NCBI GenBank assembly: GCA_947054455.1
Contig: CAMRWN010000003.1
Span: 30,681 to 94,680 of the forward strand
From: an uncultured Alphaproteobacteria bacterium
Lineage (GTDB): Bacteria > Pseudomonadota > Alphaproteobacteria > Rs-D84
Direction: 5' to 3'
Length of the DNA stretch: 64,000 bases
Part shown: positions 33,722 through 42,200 of the stretch, piece by piece
How the letters are laid out: the number at the start of each line of letters is the position of its first letter
How positions within the stretch are numbered: position 1 is the stretch's first letter
The notes under the pieces: generated by a model
Told to the model about the DNA's origin: nothing
What the model saw: the letters and a program-made list of their open reading frames with translations, nothing else
Databases searched by the model: none
Program-made: the position numbers and the translations under genes

Positions 33722-35227
33722 ATGAGAAAAGTACCACAGTTCCTTTTTAGATGCTCGCTGGCGGCGTTGATGCCGGTGGCGGCGAATGCAGCCGGAACAT
33801 ACTATACCGGTAATTACCAGTCGCCGCAGTCGCGATATACTCAAAAAAATTATACGAACTATAATCAGAATTCAACCTATGCGCGAAATGTTGGCTATAC
33901 TATGCCGGGTGCCGCACGTTCCGGCAACACTGTGGTCGGTCAGTCCAGAACCCAGGTGGCCCAGCCGCGCGCGCCGCAACAGACCGCCGCGTCGTCTTCT
34001 TCGAAAAAGGGCTTCTTTGTAGATGCCGGTTTGTCCCATGAAGTTGCACAGTGGCAGTTCGAAATGAAGGAATCCGGGTCTATTCTGCATTATGACAATA
34101 TTGGTTGGAACGTGTTTGATGTAAAGGGCGGGTACGCTTTTAATGTCGGCAATACGAACCTGCAATTGGATGCGGGATTTAAATATGGAATGCAGTCCGG
34201 TGATTCCACAATGGTTGACGACGATATTACAAACGGCGGATATTTTATAACACAGTGGGTAAAGGACGATGCCGACAAAACCATAATCGGCGAACAAATC
34301 GGACATTCCTTGTCTGTGGGCAGCAGCAGCGACGGCAACATGCTGGGGTTCAATATAGGCCTGGGGCTGACTGATTTCTTTAAATGGGGAAATGTGAAGT
34401 TCACGCCGTCAATCGGGTATCGTTATTTGAAATACAAATTGGAAACAAAAAACAATTATGGGCTGTCCGTTGATACGGCCGCGTGTTTCCGCATAGATGG
34501 CAGCGATGAAATCCAGTGCGATCCGGCAATCATCGTGAATTATGGCAGCGGCGACCAAACATGGCAGCAGATTTTGTGGCGCGACAAACTGACGGACAAG
34601 CTGCAGGTGGTCGATGCCGCGGATATAAAATTCATTGATACCGGCGGCACGTATTACTATCAGCAGCCGGGAACCAGCCATTCGTACGAGGTTGAATGGA
34701 CCGGGCCGTATATCGCCATGGACATGGTATATGACATAAACAAAAACAACGCCGTCAACGGGCGTGTTGAACTGGGCTTCCCGGGGTATTCGGCCACCGG
34801 CGACCAGCCGTATCGCTTTGACTGGCAGCATCCCAAGAGCGTCGAGGACAAGGCAGATATGTTTTCAGCCATGCACGTCGGGCTGGGTGCGAATTGGACA
34901 ACGGCAATAACTGACATGGTGTCATTTTCGCTGGGGCTGACATATGACTATTATAACGTCAGCGGCGCGGATGCAAAAACATATCTGAACGGGGGATACT
35001 ATATCGACATTTATAACGATTTGCTGTCCCAGTGGGCGCAAAAATATCCGACCAATACGGAACAGCACATGCTGGGCCAGATTGAAGGCGTGGCCGGCGA
35101 CCCTCTGGCCATAAATATCAAGGATTTGGAGGCATCATGTCCGGGATGGGTATGTTCCAGCAACGGTGAAATAGAATCGTTTTACAAATCAATTGGCGTG
35201 CGCGTCGGTATAAATGCGAAATTCTAA
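33722..35227 (+). CDS. Large outer-membrane beta-barrel protein (501 aa), family unknown
   Basis: Signal peptide ...AALMPVAANA, then a Q/N/Y-rich linker and an amphipathic strand pattern. The C-terminus reads ...GVRVGINAKF. Confidence 0.7.
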   Translation: MRKVPQFLFRCSLAALMPVAANAAGTYYTGNYQSPQSRYTQKNYTNYNQNSTYARNVGYTMPGAARSGNTVVGQSRTQVAQPRAPQQTAASSSSKKGFFVDAGLSHEVAQWQFEMKESGSILHYDNIGWNVFDVKGGYAFNVGNTNLQLDAGFKYGMQSGDSTMVDDDITNGGYFITQWVKDDADKTIIGEQIGHSLSVGSSSDGNMLGFNIGLGLTDFFKWGNVKFTPSIGYRYLKYKLETKNNYGLSVDTAACFRIDGSDEIQCDPAIIVNYGSGDQTWQQILWRDKLTDKLQVVDAADIKFIDTGGTYYYQQPGTSHSYEVEWTGPYIAMDMVYDINKNNAVNGRVELGFPGYSATGDQPYRFDWQHPKSVEDKADMFSAMHVGLGANWTTAITDMVSFSLGLTYDYYNVSGADAKTYLNGGYYIDIYNDLLSQWAQKYPTNTEQHMLGQIEGVAGDPLAINIKDLEASCPGWVCSSNGEIESFYKSIGVRVGINAKF

Positions 35228-35256
35228 GGGCGCCGGATATCGCAGGGGATGATAAA

Positions 35257-35871
35257 ATGTTGAAATTGAAAAATATTTTATTCGCATGTTTTTGCTGCTG
35301 TGTGGCGACGTTCGCGGGTGCGGCCGAATTGGCCGGAACCGCGTCGGTAAACATAACCAGCGATACATCCGCCACTGCAAAAAACATGGCATTTGACGAA
35401 GCCAGACGTCAAATAATTATGGATACATTGCGGCAATACGCAAATGTAGAGCAGTTGAAAACAGCCCTGGCAGAGGCGCCGAACGCCGATTTGACCAATC
35501 TGATTTTTGCGTCAAAAATTGACGGTGAAAAAATATCCGACACCACTTATTCGGCAAACATTTCCATGACCGTCGACCGTGATGCGGCCCGCAAATGGAT
35601 GAGCGACAATGCTATCCAGAATTGGTTGCCGGATGCGTCGGGCGGCGATATGTTCACCGTGGTTATCACGACATCTGACCCTATGTCCGACTGGATTGAC
35701 CTGAATGCGGCCGCCCGTGCGGAAAAGGTTGATTTGGCGACGACGTCCATAATGGGCAACCAGATTACGGCGCAATTGCCGTCGTCGGCGCGCGCCGCGT
35801 TCACGATTGCACTGCGCGAAGCGGGATGGCGTTATGCCGCAAATGACGGCGTGCTGCGAATCTGGAAATAA
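35257..35871 (+). CDS. Secreted/periplasmic protein of unknown function (204 aa)
   Basis: Signal peptide MLKLKNILFACFCCCVATFAGAA. The gene starts 29 nt after the preceding OMP gene. Confidence 0.6.
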   Translation: MLKLKNILFACFCCCVATFAGAAELAGTASVNITSDTSATAKNMAFDEARRQIIMDTLRQYANVEQLKTALAEAPNADLTNLIFASKIDGEKISDTTYSANISMTVDRDAARKWMSDNAIQNWLPDASGGDMFTVVITTSDPMSDWIDLNAAARAEKVDLATTSIMGNQITAQLPSSARAAFTIALREAGWRYAANDGVLRIWK

Positions 35872-35951
35872 TTTTGATGATTTTTGTCCTGTTATGTCCT
35901 TGACATTCTGGATATTTTAGATATTTTTCAGACACACAAGGGGAAGAAAAG

Positions 35952-36824
35952 TTGAAAAAAATATCTCTGCTTTTATTGGTGCTGATGACGCCGGCGGCGG
36001 CATTGGCTGATGACGTTGAATCAGAATTGTTTCTGGACATACGGCGCATAGGTCTGGAATTGTCCAAGACCCAGGTTCGCAATGCGGGCCAGTACCAGGA
36101 TTCGCCGGTACAGGCGCTTAAGGCGGACAGCCAGGATTTTATCAAGGGTGTTTTTGATACTGTGCTGGAATACAAGCGCGGGAAATTCAAGTGGGACAAC
36201 AGCCTGTTCATGGAATACGGTGAAACAACGCTGAAGCCGTACAATGCCCCCGAAACGTCGAATGAAAATGCGGACAAGATTTTGCTGTCCAGCGACATGT
36301 CGTGGGCGTGCTGGGAATTTGCCGGATTCAAATTCGGTCCGACATTGCGTGGTGCTTATGATACGGAATTTGTGGCCAGCGGCGACGCCCCGCGCCAGAA
36401 TATACTGCGTGCGAATGCCGGTTTGTCGCTGTTCGACCATGCGATTATCAAAAGTCTGTATCTGACCGGTGTTTATGAATATGATTTCACCTATGCCGGC
36501 GAACAGACCAGCAAGACCGCCGCGGAATTCGGATGGCGTCTGGAATACAAGCTGCGCGAGGGGGTAAAATTTACAACAAACGGATATTATCGTGAATACC
36601 TGAGCTATTCCGATTATGTCGCGACGGATTTGGACCGTGATTTGAGTGCGGTGATACGCATGGACACCAACCTGTGGGGCAATTTCACCATGGGGCCGTA
36701 CGCGCAGTATCGTCGTGCCAAGGCGCGTGGCGCCAGCGTATATGGCAGCAATTTTATACTCGGAATATCGTTTAACTATATAATGCGCTATGGCATTATC
36801 ACGCCCGACGGCGAAAAGAAATAA
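35952..36824 (+). CDS. Outer-membrane beta-barrel protein (290 aa), family unknown
   Basis: TTG start with SD aaggggaag. Signal peptide KKISLLLLVLMTPAAALA, and an alternating strand pattern with aromatic girdle residues. Confidence 0.6.
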   Translation: MKKISLLLLVLMTPAAALADDVESELFLDIRRIGLELSKTQVRNAGQYQDSPVQALKADSQDFIKGVFDTVLEYKRGKFKWDNSLFMEYGETTLKPYNAPETSNENADKILLSSDMSWACWEFAGFKFGPTLRGAYDTEFVASGDAPRQNILRANAGLSLFDHAIIKSLYLTGVYEYDFTYAGEQTSKTAAEFGWRLEYKLREGVKFTTNGYYREYLSYSDYVATDLDRDLSAVIRMDTNLWGNFTMGPYAQYRRAKARGASVYGSNFILGISFNYIMRYGIITPDGEKK

Positions 36825-36833
36825 GCACTTGTT

Positions 36834-36857
36834 CGCCCCGCATGCGGGGCGTTTTTT
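36834..36857. terminator. Bidirectional intrinsic terminator
   Basis: cgccccg-catg-cggggcg hairpin followed by a T6 run, between convergent genes. Confidence 0.7.
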
Positions 36858-39234
36858 ATTTTACAACCGAAAATACCGCCGACTGGCCGGCGCCCAGTTC
36901 GTCCATTGCGCGGACGGTGTGTTCGCCCATGGGGACGGTATGCTCAAATGTTTCGCCGCTGTGGCTGGTGCCTATTACCTCGTCATCTAAAAACCAGAAT
37001 ATTTTTGCGTTTGCGTCGTCGGTTATTGCACGAAAAGACACATTTTCCGTGTCTGAATCGCGAACGATTATTATTCGCGTTCCGTCGGCCGGGGATGTGA
37101 TAAGCGGGGCGGGGCGCGTGGCGGCGATATCGTCCAGTCTGCATCCCGGAACGTACGGCGGCGGTGTATTGCGGGTAATGCCGGCGCGTCTGAACATGTC
37201 CAGATATTCCGCATCCCAGAATTCATAAACCTGCATGCGGGTGGTGCGCGAATCGCGTGTGCATGAACGCAGCCCGGTTTTTTTGTCGATTGCAACGGCG
37301 CGGTATACGGACGCCTGGGCTATCGGGGATTTACCCGGTATGAAATATGATTTCACACTTTTGGGACAGTGTTGGCCGGCAATGCCGCCCACGCCTTCGC
37401 ACATTTCTATTTGCGATATGTTCATATCCGGCCGCAGAAAGTTGTTGTTTACAACCGGCGTGCCGCGTGCGGCGAAATGGTCGCGAATGGTTTGGGACAA
37501 TGCAAAGTATATCGGCGCGGCGGCACGCGCGCCGCTGAATGCGTTGTTTGGGCGCCCGTCAAAATTTCCAACCCATACAATCAGTACAAAATCACCGAAA
37601 ATTCCCGCGGTCCATGCGTCGCGGTATGATGACGAAGTGCCTGTTTTCCAATAGTGGCGCAGGTTATCCGCACGCTTTTTCGCAAACGGCGTGCCGACGG
37701 TCGGCGTTGCCTGACGCCCCAGCATGTCAAGCGTCAGGAAAAACGCCTCTGGCGACAGCAGTTGGATTTCGTCCCCGGCTGCGTCGTCCATTGTGGTTTT
37801 GATGTCGCGGCGCATGCCGGTGTTTGCAATCGTGGCGTAAATGCCGGCCAGTTCCATCATTGAAACTTCGGCCCCGCCCAGGGCGACGGATATGCCATAA
37901 TGCGACGGCGGCTGCAGATTTGCGACGCCGCAGTCCACCAGCAGGCGGTAAAAATTCCGTGTTCCAATCTGGCGTACCAGATTTATTGCAGGAATGTTTC
38001 TGGAATGTGTCAATGCGTCGCGTGCCAGTACGGGGCCGTAAAACTCGCTGTCGGAATTTTCGGGCGCATAAACGCCAAAATTAATTTTCGCGTCTTTTAG
38101 CATGGTCATTGCGTGTATCAGTCCGGCATCCGCCGCCGCTGCGTATATCAGTGGTTTCAGGGTTGAACCGGGACTGCGCCGCGCATGAACGCCGTCGTTT
38201 TCGCCATATATTAACTTGTCAAAATAATCGGCTGAACCAATGTGGGCCAGAACCTCCATCGTTTTATAGTTTACCAGAACCGCCGCCGCATTTTGTATTC
38301 CGACCGCGCGCCGCCGGGCCAGTTCGCGCCCCAGCCGCTGTTCCAATGCGTTTTGCAATCCTAAATCCAGTGTCGTTTTTATCCGCCCGCCCGATGTTTC
38401 ATTACGCCGCCATCGCGCGCGCCGACGCATAATTTCGTGCGTTGTAAAGTGCGGCGCATAAAAGGGCAGGTCATGCACCCCGTACGCGTGCAGCGGCATC
38501 TGTGCCAGCGTGTCTGCCGGCGTCTGGTCGGGAAATTCCGCCAGCCATCGACGCACCAGCGCGCCGCGCATTTTCGACATATTGCGCAGGCCGGCCGAGG
38601 TATTCAAGCCGCGCTTTGACGGGTTTTGCGGAATCGTTGACAGGGTTATGGATTCTATTGCGCTGATTTCGTCGGGCGCGCGGTGGAAATATATCAATGA
38701 TGCGGCGCCGGCGCCTTCGATGTTGCCGCCATATGGCGCCAGATTCAGGTATGCTTCCAGTATTTCGGATTTTGAATAAAATGCGTCTATGTAAATTGCC
38801 GCGGCAATCTGTATCAGTTTACCCTTTGGACGTGTGGTGTCCAGGTCGTATTTCATTCGTGCGACCTGCATTGTGATTGTAGATGCGCCGGCCGGATGCG
38901 CCGCGCCGCGCCAATAGTTTTTTGCCGCGCGCGCCAGTGCCACCGGATTTATGCCGGGATGAAATCGGAAATATTTGTCTTCATATAAAATCGTGGCCCG
39001 GCGGAGTGTTTCGCTGATTTCCGCCAGCGGTGTGTAAAGTCGGTATTTGTCGTCGGCGGCCAGCGTCAGGCGCAGCAGTCGGCCGTTGCGGTCGTAATAT
39101 GCGGTGGAAAATCCGATATCACGCAGCAGCGGCGGCGTGAAAAACAATCTTATCACGCAATACAATGCGACCAGAGCGCATATAAATGCCCACGCAATTG
39201 GATGGCGGTTAAAAAACTTAGTCAGCCGTTTCAT
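36856..39234 (-). CDS. pbpC: Penicillin-binding protein 1C (bifunctional transglycosylase/transpeptidase)
   Basis: GT51 motif ILYEDKYFRFHPGINP, transpeptidase motif SPGSTLKP, and a C-terminal PbpC-type beta domain. The gene is coupled to the upstream alpha-2-macroglobulin gene (17-nt overlap). Confidence 0.9.
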   Translation of the reverse strand: MKRLTKFFNRHPIAWAFICALVALYCVIRLFFTPPLLRDIGFSTAYYDRNGRLLRLTLAADDKYRLYTPLAEISETLRRATILYEDKYFRFHPGINPVALARAAKNYWRGAAHPAGASTITMQVARMKYDLDTTRPKGKLIQIAAAIYIDAFYSKSEILEAYLNLAPYGGNIEGAGAASLIYFHRAPDEISAIESITLSTIPQNPSKRGLNTSAGLRNMSKMRGALVRRWLAEFPDQTPADTLAQMPLHAYGVHDLPFYAPHFTTHEIMRRRARWRRNETSGGRIKTTLDLGLQNALEQRLGRELARRRAVGIQNAAAVLVNYKTMEVLAHIGSADYFDKLIYGENDGVHARRSPGSTLKPLIYAAAADAGLIHAMTMLKDAKINFGVYAPENSDSEFYGPVLARDALTHSRNIPAINLVRQIGTRNFYRLLVDCGVANLQPPSHYGISVALGGAEVSMMELAGIYATIANTGMRRDIKTTMDDAAGDEIQLLSPEAFFLTLDMLGRQATPTVGTPFAKKRADNLRHYWKTGTSSSYRDAWTAGIFGDFVLIVWVGNFDGRPNNAFSGARAAAPIYFALSQTIRDHFAARGTPVVNNNFLRPDMNISQIEMCEGVGGIAGQHCPKSVKSYFIPGKSPIAQASVYRAVAIDKKTGLRSCTRDSRTTRMQVYEFWDAEYLDMFRRAGITRNTPPPYVPGCRLDDIAATRPAPLITSPADGTRIIIVRDSDTENVSFRAITDDANAKIFWFLDDEVIGTSHSGETFEHTVPMGEHTVRAMDELGAGQSAVFSVVK

Positions 39235-42200
39235 TTGAAACCGTGAATTCAGCGTTTACGGGCCCCGTTGCATTTATCTGCGGATTGTACATGGATGCGG
39301 CGCGCACCGGTGGAACGTGGAACCGGCCTGCAACCGTTGGCCGGGCGGTGTACGTTATCGTTGTGCCGCGCCGGTCTAAATCCGTGTATACCAGAACACG
39401 GTCTTCGCGGATTTCATGGAAATCCATGTTGCCGGAAACGTCTTCGGCTTCGAATCCGCCGGGCAGCAAATCCGTTATCACGACCGATGCGATATTGTCG
39501 GCGCGCAGGCTGCGTGCGAATATTTTTACCGTTATCGCATCGCCGATTTCTGCGCCGGTTATACGGCGACCGTCGCGGTCGTAATATTCCCGCGTAATTT
39601 CAATGCCGTTTGATGCTTCGACGGCGCGGCGGGGGAATCCCTGTTGAATAACGGTATAGAACACACCCTTATCCGTGTTGCATTTTTCACATTTGATTTC
39701 CAGTGTTGTGGCATCGTCGGGAATATCGGCAACAAACGCGTCTGATATTAAGCCGCCCGGGATTTCGGCGCCGTCCGCCAAAACAGAAACGCCTGCGTCA
39801 TTGTTGCCGGTCCCCCCCGCCAGACCCATTATAACCGCCGCGGATGTAAACGACGTGTAATCACCGTCGTTTATGTATTCCATAACACGTGTCATGCGCG
39901 CCGGGTCGACCGCATTGAAATAATGTGTCCGCAGGTATGCATATATCGCGTCGTTGGCGACGTTGTTATCGAACATGGATACATATTCGAACCGGTTGTC
40001 CGCCGTCGGACGGTATTTTGCAATCAAATGTTCCGCACGGTCGTTTTGTTTCAACATTTTATAGGATGCCGCGATATATGCGCCCATAATTCCCGATTCC
40101 CAGTTTTTCAGATTTTTGGATGCATATTCCTCGAACTGGTCGATGTATCCGGTGGTTATGTATCCGTTGCGCGTTATGACGTATATTGCAAACGCGTGCG
40201 CCCGCGCGTCCGCGTCGTCGTTTATCTTGGTACCCACGTATGTGCGCAGGAAATCGACCGCCCGCGAATTCATTACATCCGGCACCGCAAAACCCGCATC
40301 ACGCGCCATTGACATGAACTGTGCGACATAGGCGGTTATATACGCCGCATTCGCGTTTGATTCATTGTTGCGCGTAGTATTACGCGACGCCCACAGTTCA
40401 AATGAACCGTCGCTGTTTTGCCGGTTTTTAAGTTTTGCCAACACGTCGGCGATTTTCTTGGCTGATTCGTCGAACGTCGTCCCCAGAATTTCATCGGCCG
40501 GCGCCAAAACATACGGCGTCATACGCGATACCAGCTGCTCGGTGCAGGGATAGTCATAATGCGCCAGATATTCAAACATCGGTTTTATCAATGCCGCGGC
40601 ATTGTTTGATACGAAAATGCGGCGTGATGCGAAAGCGGGGTATAAATCCGCACGAAAATCTTTTATTTTCAACGACTTGGACGTCATCAGGCCTGTTTTT
40701 ATTTTTGTTTCGAATGCTGTTATGGGGCGTATGGACATTGTGGCGGTTGCGCTGCGTGCGGCCAATTCAGTTCCCGATGCATTTTTCAGCGCGACCTGCA
40801 GTGTTATTTCTGCATTGCCCGGCGCGTCGTCGGCACGTACACCGGTTGTCCATAATTTTTCTGTATTTTCAGGTATTTCCATTTCAGTTCCCGCATCACC
40901 GACGATTTTCAGTCTGCCGTCTGTCGTCGCGGCAATCACCGCGCGCGCATTTTCAGAATCGGGGGTCATGTTTGTAATTGATGCGCCGACGTCGAATGTG
41001 TCGTTTGGCGCAACCGCCAGCGGCGCGGCCACTGAGATTATAACCGGGCGCTGAACCAGTGTTTCCGTGTTGGTCGCCCCCATTGCGGAATCGTTTGCAG
41101 CAACGGCGAATATGCGAAGCGCACCGTTGAAATATTCCGGAATATCAAAGCTTATTTCGCCAATCTGGCCGGCGTTTGTGTTTATTATACCCGAATAGAA
41201 CGCAACCGGCATGTTGGTTTTTCTGGCAAACGGGTTGGTCAGCGGCGCGCCGCCGTCCATGGCGCCGTTTTCATAATCGCCGCCGCCAGTTTTGGCGAAT
41301 TCACGCAATATCTTGTATTCCGGCAGCAGCAGGGACAATATCTGGAATGTTTCCACCTGCAGCGCGGATTTCTGGAAAAAGTGTCCCAGCGGATTTGGTA
41401 TTTTATATTTTGCCACCTGCAGTATGCCGGCATCCACTGCGAATATCATCAGGCGGGCGTTTTTGTTCGTCTTGTATTGAACGGTCATCCGGTCGCCGCG
41501 CGCGATTTCCGGCGCGGTCAGCGAAACGTCGATTGTACGCGGCCCGATATCCGCGCGAAACGGTGCGACTGCGTATGCATACGGCGTGGTGAATACGTCA
41601 AGGCTGTTTATGTCGCGCACGAACGACACGTTTACGTATCCCGTGCCTTCGAATCCCGCAGGCACTTTGATATGCTGAACCGAAGATGCGGCGTTTGTGC
41701 GAAACCATTTGTATGCGTATACTTTGTCGCGTTCGATTGTAATCAGGCCGGTTCCGGAATAGGGGGCAGATATGCTGACTGCGATATCCGCGCCCGGTGC
41801 GTATTCTGCGGCGTTCAGCGTGATTTGCATTTCGGCGCGCGTGTCTGTCTGCAATGCGGCGTTGCCGTCGGCCGCGACGAAATATTCGGCACTGGCCAGA
41901 ATTTTTTCCGATGCGTCCAAAACCTGCAGAAAATATGTTCCGCCATCGCGCGTGTCCAATTCGACCGTCGCGCCGCCCGGCTTAATGTCAAATGGTGTCT
42001 GCGATATTATTTTGTCGCGTGAAACCGTCTGGTATTTGTAATAGTCGTTATAGTCCTTGACCAAGCTGGTCAGTTTTTCCCGTTTCACCAGACGCAGGGA
42101 CAGTCCGGTTGCCGCCGTCGGTTCGCCGGTCTGGGACAACGCGATAAAATCAATGCTGCGCGCGGCGCCGCGTGCGACGTACGACAGGGCTGAATTTGCG

